64,000 nt of DNA, taken from Alphaproteobacteria bacterium (GTDB lineage Bacteria > Pseudomonadota > Alphaproteobacteria > UBA6615). Every line of letters starts with the position of its first letter. Position 1 is the stretch's first letter. Position numbers and translations under genes: made by a program. The stretch covers positions 2,716 to 66,715 of the forward strand of contig SHVS01000008.1 in the NCBI GenBank assembly GCA_009694135.1. The letters run 5' to 3'. This document shows positions 42,792 to 53,256 of the stretch, in pieces. Under the pieces are notes generated by a model. That model saw only the letters and a program-made list of their open reading frames with translations, was not told where the DNA came from and did no database searches.

Positions 42792-43375
42792 CCAAGCGCG
42801 CCATCACTCGCGCCGCTATTCTCGCGCCCGAAGTTTACGCCGAGCAGCGCGCCACGCGGCGGCGCGAGGCGATCCAGAAAAAAGCGCTGCGCCAGGTTTT
42901 GATCGGCCCATACGCCAGCGCGACCTTCGAGTCCTATGACTCGATGCTGCTGCAGGTGCAGGAAATGCTGCACATCGAGCGCGGCGGCGAGGCGCAGATC
43001 GCCGATGAACTCGCGGCCTATAACCCGCTCGTCCCCAATGGGCGCGAACTGGTCGCGACCGTGATGCTTGAAATCGAGGACGCCGACCGCCGCGCGCGCG
43101 TGTTGGCCACTTTGGGCGGCATCGAACACACGGTCTTCCTGCGCTTTGCGGATGCCTTGGTGGCAGGTGTGGCGGAGGCGGACCAGGACCGCACCGACGA
43201 GAGCGGCAAGGCGTCCGCCGTGCAGTTCCTGCATTTTCCGTTCACGGACGCGCAGGCGGACAAGTTCCGCAAGCCGGGAGGCGAAGTCACGCTCGGCTTT
43301 AAGCACCAGAATTACAGCCATTTGACGGTGTTGCCGGAAAAAATCCGCGCCGCCCTGGCCGCTGATTTCGCTTAG
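42788..43375 (+). CDS. DUF3501-family protein
   Basis: GTGA overlap with the preceding gene. The sequence (ILAPEVYAEQRATRRREAIQKK..R.V.IGPYASATFESYDSMLLQVQEML) and its position after the rubrerythrin and CCG protein are typical of DUF3501. Confidence 0.7.
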   Translation: MTKRAITRAAILAPEVYAEQRATRRREAIQKKALRQVLIGPYASATFESYDSMLLQVQEMLHIERGGEAQIADELAAYNPLVPNGRELVATVMLEIEDADRRARVLATLGGIEHTVFLRFADALVAGVAEADQDRTDESGKASAVQFLHFPFTDAQADKFRKPGGEVTLGFKHQNYSHLTVLPEKIRAALAADFA

Positions 43376-43446
43376 CACGCTGCAATTCAAGGTGTCGACG
43401 CACCGCCCTCGCACCCATCGTATCTATGCGTGAGAAGCCGCCAGTA

Positions 43447-44410
43447 TTAACGTGGAACGAGTGAAGGGGTCGCCCCCCAAGTGATTTGCAAAGATTTTAG
43501 AAAGGTACGCTGCCGCACCTCACAGTTGAGTTGCTCGTTAAGAAAATCCCCGAGAAGACCGGGGCGCTCAGCTCCCACAAGGTAGTCTCGCGGAAGGTCT
43601 GCAATCTGGGTCGGCATCTCTTGTTCCGGGTGGGAAACATGCTGCACAACGGCAGGAGCGAATCGAATGCCCATCGAGCGAAGGGCGTAAAGTCGATGAA
43701 ATCCGTTATTAAGAATGATGCGCCGCCCGAATTTAAATACGTTAATCGTTGAAATGCCGTAACCGACTAGCAATGTGACAACATGAAGCGGTTGGCCCCC
43801 GGGATGATTTTGGGTTAGAGGGCCGGTGGGATTGAGCGGTTCATGGTACGCCCCAAGAAGGCGCAGTCCAGGGTTCATGCTGCTAAATGTGTAGGCGTTT
43901 CCTTGGGTGCGACCGGCCTCTATCCCTGCGTCGTCCCGACCAGGATGGAGGCAGAAATCAAGCAGATTTTCGCTGATGGCGGGGAGTTGGGTGACGAGCG
44001 ACTCAACATGAGAAATGTGAACCGTTCGCTGGGACGCAATTACTTTATCTATCTCGATTTGCTCGAAGGACAGGGGGGTAATTTTCGAACGTCTTGCGAA
44101 ACGCGGGCATGGCCTGGAGCTCTTCCAGAAATGGAGCGGCATTCGGGGGAAGGGGCTCGGTACGGATTCGATCTGGCGCGCCAGCCTCGGTAGTAGTTAA
44201 TTCTCGAAAGATAGCGGAAGCGTCTCGCCACTTCATTTTGATTTCTTGTTTTCTTTCTTCTCTACCTATCGAATTTCCATCAAGAAAATTGTTTAATTCA
44301 ATTCGAGTAACGGCACCAAACATGTATCGGAGCTTACGTGCATTTGCGCCATCGTGACTTTCAACGTTCTCCATTGTGGATGGTACGGAAGGCAAATTCT
44401 GCGCGCTCAT
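43447..44410 (-). pseudogene. orphan protein with C-terminal ParB/sulfiredoxin-like motif, split by a frameshift at a C6 (G6 on plus strand) run
   Basis: ORFs 44045-44410 and 43447-44142 overlap by 98 nt in different frames. Removing one C at 44073-44078 joins ...KTFENYP to LSFEQIEIDKV..., giving about 320 aa. The gene has an AT-rich composition and its own GGAG Shine-Dalgarno. Confidence 0.6.
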
Positions 44411-44626
44411 CTTTTTGCTCCAATGTCGCCAGTTTAATATGCGTAGAACCGGAATTTAAACATAGGGACATATTGGTGATGTGTCTTCGGAGCACAAGTA
44501 GCCCGAGAACAATGATACGCGAGCACCACTGATTTGGCGGCCCGCGCCGATCCGCGCCGCTCTGGCGCCAGATTTTGCGTAGGGGGCAGCGGATAACCGC
44601 GCCTTGCACTATAGTGAAGTCGCACC

Positions 44627-44983
44627 TCAGCGTTCGCGCGTGAGCCCGCGTTCGGCAATCGCGGCGAGATAGGCGGCCCAGCGCGTCGGCTGTTCCAGCC
44701 CGAGGGCGCGCAAAGTTTCCCAGCTGTACAAGCCGCTGTCGTGGCCGTCGTCGAAGACGATGCGCACGGCGTAATTGCCGACCGGTTCGATGCGGGTAAT
44801 ACCGATGGCGGCGCAACCGCCGATGATGCGGCGCACGCCGTCATGGCCCTTGAGTTCGGCCGAGGGGCTTTCGACGCGCAGATATTCCGCCGGCAGCACA
44901 TAGCGTTCTTCGCCGGCGAAGGCGACTGCGAGGGCGCGTTGGGCTTTGTTGTAGCGCAGCTCAAGCGGCGCGGCGCCGGTCAT
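44627..44983 (-). CDS. DUF971-family protein (gamma-butyrobetaine hydroxylase N-terminal-like)
   Basis: 118 aa with [26 protein letters not shown]...[25 protein letters not shown], the typical DUF971 pattern. Confidence 0.75.
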   Translation of the reverse strand: MTGAAPLELRYNKAQRALAVAFAGEERYVLPAEYLRVESPSAELKGHDGVRRIIGGCAAIGITRIEPVGNYAVRIVFDDGHDSGLYSWETLRALGLEQPTRWAAYLAAIAERGLTRER

Positions 44984-45195
44984 TGCTTGCGTTCGTCGTC
45001 GGCGATTTGCCGCGCCTCGTCGATCAGCATGATCGGGATGCCGTCGCGGATCGGATAAGCGAGGCCGGCATTGTCGCTGATCAATTCCTGGCGGGCGCGA
45101 TCATAGCGCAGCGGCCCCTTGGTCAGCGGGCAGACCAGAATCTCGAGCAGCTTGGGATCGACCGCGCCGGAGCGGGTTGCCGTGGGCGCGCTCAA
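44980..45195 (-). CDS. Trm112-family small zinc-ribbon-like protein (UPF0434)
   Basis: [17 protein letters not shown]...[19 protein letters not shown] probable TTG start at 45195 overlaps the stop of the LON-domain gene. The remainder of the 247-aa ORF is an artefact. Confidence 0.7.
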   Translation of the reverse strand: MSAPTATRSGAVDPKLLEILVCPLTKGPLRYDRARQELISDNAGLAYPIRDGIPIMLIDEARQIADDERKQ

Positions 45196-45863
45196 TGGCG
45201 CACCGTTTGCGCGGTGTCGCCCAACAACCCCATCTCCAAAAGCCCGACGAGGAGCTTGGCGCGCTCGGGCAAGCTGGGGGCTTCCAATAGCGCCTGCTTC
45301 TCGCTCGCTTCGAAAGGCGTGAGCATGGCGACGAGCGAAACCAGCGGCTCGGCCGGCAGGCCGGTGAGCGCCTCCCAGTTGGCGCTGATCCCGCGCCGCT
45401 TGAGAAAGGCCTTGAGCGCGCGCATCAGCCGGTCGCGATCGATCGGGGTCTCGGCATCGGCGACCAGATCCTGGCGGAACGGTTCGTAATCCACGCGCGC
45501 GCGGCGGAAGCCCTGGTACAGCGGCAGTTCCTCCAGCAGGCGGAAGCGGATCAACCCCTTGATCGTAATTTGCAGCCTGCCGCCTTCGGCCTCCTCGAAG
45601 CCGGTCACCCGACCCAGGCAGCCGATCGCGTGCAGCGGCGCAGTGTCCGGAGCGCTTGCGCCCACTTCCCCGGCGGAGCGCGGCTGCACCATGCCGACCA
45701 GCCGCCCGTTGCCGAGCGCCCACTCGATCAGGCTCAAATAGCGCGGCTCGAACACCTGCAGCGGAACCTGGCCATGCGGCAGCAGCAGCACGCTGACCAG
45801 CGGGAACAGCCCGATCTCGCGCGGCAGCTCGGCCGGGCCGGTATCGCGCACCGAAGAGGTCAT
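45192..45863 (-). CDS. LON-peptidase N-terminal substrate-binding domain protein
   Basis: [30 protein letters not shown] pattern of the Lon N-terminal domain. 223 aa with no ATPase or protease domain. Confidence 0.8.
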   Translation of the reverse strand: MTSSVRDTGPAELPREIGLFPLVSVLLLPHGQVPLQVFEPRYLSLIEWALGNGRLVGMVQPRSAGEVGASAPDTAPLHAIGCLGRVTGFEEAEGGRLQITIKGLIRFRLLEELPLYQGFRRARVDYEPFRQDLVADAETPIDRDRLMRALKAFLKRRGISANWEALTGLPAEPLVSLVAMLTPFEASEKQALLEAPSLPERAKLLVGLLEMGLLGDTAQTVRH

Positions 45864-45873
45864 GGGCGCGCGC

Positions 45874-46791
45874 TCATTTGAACATCATTGCCGAAAGTTT
45901 GCGCCGGCCCGTAACCGTCAGCGCATGCGTCGGACCAAGCGCCTCGAACAACTTGACCAGCTCCCGGCGCGCCGCGTCTTCGTTCCAGGCGCGGTTGCGG
46001 CGGAACAGCTCAAGCAGCAAATCAATCGCCGTCTCCGGCCGGCCGGCGCCGTATTCGGCCAGCGCCAATTCATAGCGCGCCTCATGGTCGTCGGCGCTGG
46101 CCAGCAAGCGCGCTTCTAGCCCGGCGTGCTGCCCAGCGCTGGCGGCGGCGCGCTCGGCCAGATCGAGACTGGTGCGCACCGATGTGACCTCGGCATCGCT
46201 CGCGGCCGCACCGGTCAGCCCATCGATCACGACCCGGGCGCGTACCGCGTCGCCGGATTTGAGCAGGGCGCGCGCGAGCCCGGCCGCGGCCTTCACATGG
46301 CCCGGCTCATGCGCCAGAATCTGATCGTAGATCGCCGCGGCTCCGCCCCAGTCTTCGGTTTGGGCCGCTTCGGCGGCGGCCGCCATCGCTTCGTCCACGG
46401 GCGAAAGCGCGGGGCCGCCGAATTTCTTCATCAGGCGATCGATGAACGCCTTGACCTGGGTTTCCGTCTGCGCGCCCTGGAAGGCATCGACTGGGCGGCC
46501 GTCCTTGAACGCATAGACCGTCGGGATCGAAGCGATACGCAGCTGGCGCGCCAGCTCCTGGTTCTCGTCGATATTGATCTTGACCAGACGGATGGCGCCC
46601 TTGGCGGATTTGGTCAGCTTTTCCAGGATCGGGGTGAGCTGCTTGCACGGACCGCACCACGGCGCCCAGAAATCGACCACGATCGGCTTGTCGATCGAAG
46701 CATCGATCACATCGGCCATGAAGCCGTCGGTCGAGGAGTCGATGACGGGCGCCTCGCTGGGGCCCTTGGCGGTGGTCAGATCGATATCCAT
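45874..46791 (-). CDS. ybbN: thioredoxin-domain/TPR co-chaperone (YbbN/CnoX-like)
   Basis: Thioredoxin domain with VVDFWAPWCGPCKQL followed by a TPR-like helical C-terminal half. Confidence 0.85.
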   Translation of the reverse strand: MDIDLTTAKGPSEAPVIDSSTDGFMADVIDASIDKPIVVDFWAPWCGPCKQLTPILEKLTKSAKGAIRLVKINIDENQELARQLRIASIPTVYAFKDGRPVDAFQGAQTETQVKAFIDRLMKKFGGPALSPVDEAMAAAAEAAQTEDWGGAAAIYDQILAHEPGHVKAAAGLARALLKSGDAVRARVVIDGLTGAAASDAEVTSVRTSLDLAERAAASAGQHAGLEARLLASADDHEARYELALAEYGAGRPETAIDLLLELFRRNRAWNEDAARRELVKLFEALGPTHALTVTGRRKLSAMMFK

Positions 46792-46874
46792 GGCGCGGCG
46801 CCTCCCTGGCAGAATACCTATTTGGCGGGAGTCGCGCGATTCATCAAGGCCGAGGAATGAGGCGGGACGGCGCT

Positions 46875-47246
46875 CTAGAGCGTTTTGAGGAAGGCGATCA
46901 GGTCGCGTTTCGGCCCGGATTGCGGCGCATGATGGGTGGCGATGTAGTCCTCGAACGGGACGCCGCGCACGCGCGGGTCCTTGCCGGCGAAGCGCTTGGC
47001 GAAGACCGTCGGCACTTTATGGCAGACGCCGCAGTTGCTGCGATAGACGATCTCGCCGCGGTCTTTGTTGCCTGTGGGAGCGGTCTCCGGGGTCGCGGCT
47101 TCCGGGGTTGCAACGGCCGGCGCCGCCGCCGGCACGGCCTCCTGCGCCACCGCCTCGGCCAGGATGCATGCATGCCCGAACATGATCGCCGCCGCGAGCG
47201 CGACGCCCGACCCGATCCAAACTCTGCTGCGCATGCTCATCCTCAT
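46875..47246 (-). CDS. small membrane-anchored/secreted c-type cytochrome
   Basis: Signal/anchor segment, Ala/Pro-rich linker, and a single heme-binding site CGVCH. Confidence 0.65.
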   Translation of the reverse strand: MRMSMRSRVWIGSGVALAAAIMFGHACILAEAVAQEAVPAAAPAVATPEAATPETAPTGNKDRGEIVYRSNCGVCHKVPTVFAKRFAGKDPRVRGVPFEDYIATHHAPQSGPKRDLIAFLKTL

Positions 47247-47283
47247 GACCGAGGCCGATTCCTTCTCGATTGGGCCAGCGCCC

Positions 47284-47313
47284 TTGCCATTCTTGTCGCG
47301 CCCGGCCTATATC
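47284..47313 (+). promoter_or_regulatory. candidate promoter TTGCCA-18 nt-TATATC of tRNA-Gly
   Basis: The -10 ends 13 nt before the first tRNA nucleotide. Confidence 0.4.
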
Positions 47314-47326
47314 CCGGCGCTGGAGC

Positions 47327-47402
<76 letters not shown>

Positions 47403-47548
47403 CTTCCCCACCATACGACTTGGCGTGTGATTATCCGCTTTCCGCGGCCAAGCCTTCGTTAAGGCGGCGGTATTCCTTGCCCAAGGCCGAATTCCGCCCC
47501 GTCTCGCGGTAGTCATGCGCTCAGCGCTCGGGCGATGCGGTCTCTAAT

Positions 47549-47884
47549 CTAGCGTTCGAGCCGGCGGCCGGGGTAAATCCGGTCAGGTTTCCGCCAGGCC
47601 GCGCTAGCCACGACCTCCCGGGCCATATCCTCGAAGTCGGTGCGGCCCATGCCGGTCCAGTAACTGATCGTGATATTCTGTCCATCGCTAAAACCGAGGC
47701 GGCGCAGCTCGGCATGAAACGCGGCAAAGTATGGCACGCCGGTCGCGCCCATCTCCGCGACCGGGCGGGTGAGCGTGAATAGCGCCAGCCGCTTCGGCTT
47801 TTGCTGCGCCTGCTGCGCGCGCACGATGCTTGGCGCCGCCATCAAGCTCGCCCCGGCGCCGGCGAGAAACGCGCGGCGGATCAT
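47549..47884 (-). pseudogene. 5-prime remnant of an ABC-transporter substrate-binding protein paralogue
   Basis: The 111-aa ORF aligns with the first 100 or so residues of the neighbouring 335-aa SBP (shared AELRRLG.S.GQN). It then diverges and stops about 145 nt from the tRNA-Gly 3-prime end. Confidence 0.55.
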
Positions 47885-48888
47885 TCGAACACATCGGTCG
47901 CGAGCGCGAGCAGCGGCGGCGGGAAGGTCAGGCCCTGCGCCTTGGCGGTGACGCCATGCAGCACGAGTTCGAAATACGCGGCTTGATCCCAGCGCAGATC
48001 GGACGGCTTGGCCCCCTTAAAGATCCGATCGACGATCCCGCCGGCGCGCCGGTACAGCTCCGCCAGGTTGGAGCCGTAGCTCATCAGCCCGCCGGATTCG
48101 ACGAAGTCGCGCGTCGGATAGATCGCCGGCAGCTTGGCGAAATTTGCGCGCGCGACGATGGATTTACGGAAGCTGACGTTTTCCGCCGCCAGCCCGACAT
48201 AAAGCCCGTCGGCCTTTGCCTCTATCGCGCGGCCGAAGGCGCGGGTGTAGGTCGCCTCGTCGATCTGTCCCTCGATCAGCGCCGGGGTGAGCGTGAGCCC
48301 GAGAACTGGGCCCGCCGCGCGCGCCGCCTCGGCCGCATCGACCGTCGATTCCCATTGGTCGCGACGGTCGAGATAGGCGATGCGCGTCAACTGCGGCGCG
48401 GTCTGCTTCAGGAGCTGCAGCCGCTTGCCGGCCATGCGCGCCTCGGGATCGACCATGACGCCGATGAAGTTGCCGCCGGCGACCGCGAGGCCGGGGGTCA
48501 AGCCGCGCCCGACCGGATCGACCGTCACCACCGGAATCGTCGTCGTCGCCGATTTGAGCGCTGCCAGCAGCGGCCCGGCCCCGCGCGCGACAATCAAATC
48601 CGGAGCGGATTTGACCACCTCCTGCGCCAGCGAGGGATAGCGGTTGAGATCGGCCGCGCCCGACCAGCGGGCGAGGTTCAGGTTCTGGCCCTCGCTATGG
48701 CCGAGGCGGCGCAGCTCGGCGAGCAGCGCGCTCCACAGGGGGTTCTTGCCCTCGAAGATCTCATTGGCCGATTCGGCCGCCTCGACCAAGGCCAGCTTGA
48801 ACGTCCGACCGCGGGCCTGCGCGCGGGCGAGGCGCGGCAACGCCATTGCGGCGGCCGCTCCGCTAACGAAACTGCGATGGGTGAGCAT
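47881..48888 (-). CDS. periplasmic ABC-transporter substrate-binding protein (ABC_sub_bind-type, orphan)
   Basis: Tat/Sec-like leader (MLTHRSFVSGAAAAMALPRLARA) and SBP-like body. I chose the ATG at 48888, which has a GGAGG Shine-Dalgarno. There are no permease or ATPase genes nearby. Confidence 0.7.
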   Translation of the reverse strand: MLTHRSFVSGAAAAMALPRLARAQARGRTFKLALVEAAESANEIFEGKNPLWSALLAELRRLGHSEGQNLNLARWSGAADLNRYPSLAQEVVKSAPDLIVARGAGPLLAALKSATTTIPVVTVDPVGRGLTPGLAVAGGNFIGVMVDPEARMAGKRLQLLKQTAPQLTRIAYLDRRDQWESTVDAAEAARAAGPVLGLTLTPALIEGQIDEATYTRAFGRAIEAKADGLYVGLAAENVSFRKSIVARANFAKLPAIYPTRDFVESGGLMSYGSNLAELYRRAGGIVDRIFKGAKPSDLRWDQAAYFELVLHGVTAKAQGLTFPPPLLALATDVFE

Positions 48889-48974
48889 CTGTCTGCCTCC
48901 AACCAGCCACGCCGAGCCTAGCATCCCGCGCGCGGCGCTACCACTGTCCGCCACCGCCGTTAGGATAGGGGCGC

Positions 48975-50285
48975 ATGACCGAGTCGGGGGCAATTGCGGC
49001 GGGGACGGCAGGGCGGACATTCCCGCTCCGGCCGGTGATCGCTTGGTGCTTCTACGACTGGGCCAATTCCCCGTTCCCGACGGTGGTGACGACCTTCATC
49101 TTCGGCGCTTATTTCACCCAGGCGGTGGCCGCCGATCCGGCCGCGGCCGAAGGGCAGTGGGGCTTGGCCAATGGCATCGCCGCGTTGAGCGTGGCGATCT
49201 TGTCGCCGGCGCTTGGGGCGATCGCCGACCACACCGGCCGGCGCAAGCCGTGGTTGGCGATCTTTACCGGGGTGATGATCGCGGCCTCGGCGCTGCTTTG
49301 GTTCGTGCGCCCGCATGCCAGCGACACTTTCCTGCTGCTCGCCTTGGTGTGTCTCGGCACCATCGGCTTCGAGCTCGGCATGGTGTTCTATAACGCCATG
49401 CTGCCCGGCCTCGCGCCGCCCGGTTTTGTCGGACGGGTGAGCGGTTGGGCCTGGGGGCTCGGCTATGTCGGCGGGCTGGTCTGTTTGTTGCTAATTCTGT
49501 TCGGCTTCGTGCAAGCCGATCCGGCGCCCTTTGGCCTCGACCGGGGGCAAGCGGAGCAGGTGCGCATCACCGGGCCGTTGATCGCCCTGTGGATGCTGCT
49601 GTTCAGCCTGCCGGTGTTCCTGTTCGCGCCCGATCGCCCCGCCAGCGGCATCGGCGCAATGGTGGCCGTGCGCCAAGGGCTTGCGACCTTGTGGGCGACG
49701 CTGCAAAACGCACGCGCCTATCCGAACACGCTGCGATTCCTGATCGCGCATATGCTCTATGCCGATGGGGTCAACACGCTGTTCGCCTTTGGCGGCATCT
49801 ACGCCGCCGGCACTTTCGGCATGTCGCTATCCGAAGTGATTCAATTCGGCGCCGCGCTGAATGTGACCGCCGGCCTTGGCGCTTTTGGCTTTGGCTGGCT
49901 CGACGACCGCATCGGCGCCAAGCCGACGATCGTGATCGCGCTCATCGGCATTATCGCCGTCGGCGTGCCGCTGCTGCTGATCGAAAGCGCCACATGGTTT
50001 TGGGTCTTGGGCGCGCTATTGGGCATATTCTTCGGCCCGGCGCAGGCCGCCAGCCGCTCGCTGATGGCGCGGCTGTGTCCGCCCGAGATGGAGACCGAGA
50101 TGTTCGGCCTCTACGCCCTGTCGGGCAAGGCGACGGCCTTCATCGGCCCGTGGCTGGTCGGCGCGGTCGCGCTCTCGACCGGGAACCAGCGGCTCGGCAT
50201 GGCCGTCGTCCTGCCGTTCATCGCCGTCGGCGGATTGCTGCTCCTCGGCGTCAAGACTAATGTCGGAAATGGCGCATCCCGGTGA
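48975..50285 (+). CDS. MFS transporter (UMF1/Atg22-like family)
   Basis: About 12 TM segments. The N-terminal motif [11 protein letters not shown] and [13 protein letters not shown] are typical of the UMF1 family. Confidence 0.78.
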   Translation: MTESGAIAAGTAGRTFPLRPVIAWCFYDWANSPFPTVVTTFIFGAYFTQAVAADPAAAEGQWGLANGIAALSVAILSPALGAIADHTGRRKPWLAIFTGVMIAASALLWFVRPHASDTFLLLALVCLGTIGFELGMVFYNAMLPGLAPPGFVGRVSGWAWGLGYVGGLVCLLLILFGFVQADPAPFGLDRGQAEQVRITGPLIALWMLLFSLPVFLFAPDRPASGIGAMVAVRQGLATLWATLQNARAYPNTLRFLIAHMLYADGVNTLFAFGGIYAAGTFGMSLSEVIQFGAALNVTAGLGAFGFGWLDDRIGAKPTIVIALIGIIAVGVPLLLIESATWFWVLGALLGIFFGPAQAASRSLMARLCPPEMETEMFGLYALSGKATAFIGPWLVGAVALSTGNQRLGMAVVLPFIAVGGLLLLGVKTNVGNGASR

Positions 50286-51864
50286 GCACCATCGCCAGTC
50301 CGCGTGCATCGCCGGCGGCGATCACCTCCGCGTCCTTGATCGATCCGCCGGGTTGAATCGCCGAAGTCGCGCCGGCCTCGATGGCGGCGATTAGCCCATC
50401 GGGGAAGGGGAAGAACGCGTCGGAGGCGAGTGCCGCGCCCGTGAGGCGCGAGATCGTCTCGCCGGCGGCTTCGCCCGCCTCGCGCGCCTTCCAGGCGGCG
50501 ATGCGCACCGAATCCACGCGGCTCATCTGCCCCGCGCCGATGGCGACGGTGGCGCCGCCCTTGGCAAACACGATGGCGTTCGAGCGCACATGCTTGCACA
50601 CGATCCAGGCAAAGCGCAGGTCGCGGAGTTCCGCCTCGCTCGGCGCGCGCTTGGTCACGCATTTGAGCGCCGAAGGATCGAGCCTTCCGGCATCGCGCTC
50701 CTGCACCAGCATTCCGCCGGCGATGGTGCGCGCGGTGACGCCGGGCGCGGTGGGATCGGGCAGCCCGCCGACCAGCAGCAGGCGCAGGTTTTTCTTCTCG
50801 GCGAAGATCGCGCGCGCCTCCGCGTCGGCATCGGGGGCGATCACCACCTCGGTGAAGATCTGCGTGATGCGCCGCGCGCAGTCGGCGTCGATGATGCGGT
50901 TGGCGGCGACAATGCCGCCGAAGGCCGCGCCCGGATCGCAGGCGCGCGCCTTGTCATAGGCCTCGGCCAAGGTCGCCGCCGTTGCCACGCCGCACGGGTT
51001 GGCGTGTTTGACGATGGCGATTACCGGCTCGGCGAATTCCGCCACCAGCTCATAGGCCGCATCGGCGTCGCCCAGGTTGTTGTAGCTCAGCGCCTTGCCC
51101 TGCACCTGTGTCGCGCTCGCGACTCCGGGACGCTTCGCGCCGCCGACATAGAGCGCGGCTTTCTGGTGCGGGTTCTCGCCATAGCTGAGCGCCTGTTTGC
51201 GCTTGCCGCCGCTGGCGAAGAAAGCCAGGAAGGGCTCGCCCACCTGCTGCGCGAACCAGCCGGCAATCGCCGCGTCATACGCCGCCGTGCGGGCGAAGGC
51301 CTTGGCCGCCAGGCGCTGGCGCAAAGCGAGGCTGGTTCCCTGTCTGGCGGCGATCTCGGCCGCGACCTCGGCATAGTCGGCAGGATCGACGACCACCGCG
51401 ACCGAGCCGTGGTTCTTCGCCGCGGCGCGGATCAAGGCCGGGCCGCCGATGTCGATGTTCTCGATCGCCATGCCGGGGGCCGCGCCGGACGCGATCGCCT
51501 GCTCGAAGGGGTAGAGGTTCACCACCACCAGATCGATCGGCCCGATGCCATGGGCGGCCATCGCGGCGATATGCGCCGGCAGGTCGCGGCGGCCCAGAAT
51601 GCCGCCATGCACCTTCGGGTGTAGGGTCTTCACCCGCCCGTCGAGGATCTCGGGAAAGCCGGTCAGCGCGGCGACATCGGTGACGTCAAGCCCGGCCTCG
51701 GCCAGCGACTTTCCCGTCCCGCCGGTCGAGATCAGCGTGACGCCTTGCGCGGCAAGAGCGCGGGCGAATTCGATCAGCCCGCCGCGGTCGGACACCGACA
51801 ATAGCGCGCTGCGGCAGGGGGCAAGCTCGAGGCCGGGACCGACCGGGGTGGTGGGCGCGCTCAT
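50257..51864 (-). CDS. purH: bifunctional AICAR transformylase / IMP cyclohydrolase
   Basis: [18 protein letters not shown]...GGTGKSL..., [15 protein letters not shown], and C-terminal MRHFRH. I set the start at ATG 51864; the 956-aa ORF extension is an artefact. Confidence 0.95.
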   Translation of the reverse strand: MSAPTTPVGPGLELAPCRSALLSVSDRGGLIEFARALAAQGVTLISTGGTGKSLAEAGLDVTDVAALTGFPEILDGRVKTLHPKVHGGILGRRDLPAHIAAMAAHGIGPIDLVVVNLYPFEQAIASGAAPGMAIENIDIGGPALIRAAAKNHGSVAVVVDPADYAEVAAEIAARQGTSLALRQRLAAKAFARTAAYDAAIAGWFAQQVGEPFLAFFASGGKRKQALSYGENPHQKAALYVGGAKRPGVASATQVQGKALSYNNLGDADAAYELVAEFAEPVIAIVKHANPCGVATAATLAEAYDKARACDPGAAFGGIVAANRIIDADCARRITQIFTEVVIAPDADAEARAIFAEKKNLRLLLVGGLPDPTAPGVTARTIAGGMLVQERDAGRLDPSALKCVTKRAPSEAELRDLRFAWIVCKHVRSNAIVFAKGGATVAIGAGQMSRVDSVRIAAWKAREAGEAAGETISRLTGAALASDAFFPFPDGLIAAIEAGATSAIQPGGSIKDAEVIAAGDARGLAMVLTGMRHFRH

Positions 51865-51984
51865 GCGGGCATCTCGTGTGACGGGCGAGGGGCGAAGTCG
51901 CGCGTCCTGGTACAGGATCCGGCCCCAACGCGCCACCCCGCGCCGATTTGACGAGCCTGGCGCGGCGGGCGATAGCCGTGGCCG

Positions 51985-53256
51985 ATGGAACAAGCGCCCA
52001 AAATCGCGATCATCGGCCTGGGCTATGTCGGGCTGCCCTTGGCGGTTGCCCTCGCCAAGCATTTTCCGGTCACGGGCTACGACATCGAGCAGCGGCGGCT
52101 GGCGGAGCTTGCATCCGGCCATGACCGCACCGGCGAGATCGATGCGGCGCGGCTCAAGGCCAGCGCTCTCGCGCTCACCGGCGATGCCGCCCGGCTCAAG
52201 GGCCAGGACCTCTATATCATCACCGTGCCGACGCCGGTCGATGCGCGGAACGAGCCGGATTTGAGCGCTGTCGAAAGCGCCGCCCTTACTGTTGGCGGCG
52301 CTATGACCAACGGCGCCATCGTGGTGTTGGAATCGACCGTCTATCCGGGCGTGACCGAGCGCGTGTGCGGCCCGATCCTGGAGCGCGCCTCGGGCTTGCG
52401 CGCGGGCGTCGATTTCTTCCTCGGCTATTCGCCCGAGCGGATCAATCCGGGCGACCGCGAGCATACGGTCGAGCGCATCGTCAAAGTCGTGGCCGGGCAG
52501 ACGCCGGATGTCACCGAAACTTTGGCGCACGTCTATGGCGCGCTCAATGGCGGCAAGATTTTCCGCGCGCACAGCATCCGCGCGGCGGAAGCGGCCAAGG
52601 CGATCGAAAACGCGCAGCGCGACATCAACATCGCCTTCATCAATGAAGTGGCCGGGATCGTCGGACGCATGGGGCTGTCGATCTATGACGTGCTCGACGC
52701 GGCGGGGACGAAGTGGAACTTCCTGCCGTTCTCGCCCGGTCTGGTCGGCGGGCATTGCATCGGCGTCGATCCCTATTATCTGGCGCGGGCGGCGCGCGCG
52801 GTGGGCATCGAGCCGCAGGTGATCCTCTCCGGCCGGCGGATCAATGACGAGATGGCAGTGCATCTCGCCGAACGCATCGACGCCGCGCTCGCACGCAAGG
52901 GCGCGCGGATCCTCGTTCTCGGCCTGACCTTCAAGGAGAACGTGCCCGATCTGCGCAACAGCAAGGTCGCCGACCTCGTGCGCGCGCTCCTGGAGCGGGG
53001 CCACGGCGTGAGCGTGCATGATCCGCTCGCCGACGCGGGCGAGGCGCGCACGCATTACGGCATCCGTCTTATGCCGAAACTCGCCGGAGCGCCGCCCTTT
53101 GACGCGGTGGTGGCCGCCGTGCCGCACCAGGCCTATCGCGCGCTCGATGCGGCTGAGCTGGCGGCGCTGGTCGAACCCAACGGGCTGGTGGCCGACATCA
53201 AGGGGATCTGGCGCGGTCTCGCGCTTCCGCCCAGTCTGCGCCGCTGGACGCTATGA
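51985..53256 (+). CDS. nucleotide-sugar dehydrogenase (UDP-N-acetyl-hexosamine/UDP-glucose 6-dehydrogenase family, TviB/WbpO-like)
   Basis: [19 protein letters not shown] Rossmann motif, the catalytic [11 protein letters not shown] region, and a C-terminal UDPG_MGDP_dh domain. Confidence 0.85.
   Translation: MEQAPKIAIIGLGYVGLPLAVALAKHFPVTGYDIEQRRLAELASGHDRTGEIDAARLKASALALTGDAARLKGQDLYIITVPTPVDARNEPDLSAVESAALTVGGAMTNGAIVVLESTVYPGVTERVCGPILERASGLRAGVDFFLGYSPERINPGDREHTVERIVKVVAGQTPDVTETLAHVYGALNGGKIFRAHSIRAAEAAKAIENAQRDINIAFINEVAGIVGRMGLSIYDVLDAAGTKWNFLPFSPGLVGGHCIGVDPYYLARAARAVGIEPQVILSGRRINDEMAVHLAERIDAALARKGARILVLGLTFKENVPDLRNSKVADLVRALLERGHGVSVHDPLADAGEARTHYGIRLMPKLAGAPPFDAVVAAVPHQAYRALDAAELAALVEPNGLVADIKGIWRGLALPPSLRRWTL

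Noticed and set aside
43531-44357. Plus-strand ORFs of 73, 116 and 87 aa inside the low-GC islet
   Set aside because: They are antisense to the ParB-like gene, lack Shine-Dalgarno sequences and lack recognisable features.
44980-45723. 247-aa minus-strand ORF overlapping the LON-domain gene
   Set aside because: Only the last 71 or so codons are Trm112-like. The rest overlaps a gene with a clear Lon N-terminal signature and is Arg/Gly-rich.
51865-53127. Upstream 420 codons of the 956-aa ORF that ends as purH
   Set aside because: PurH similarity starts at MSAPTTPVG (ATG 51864). The extension is antisense to the nucleotide-sugar dehydrogenase gene and has no motifs.
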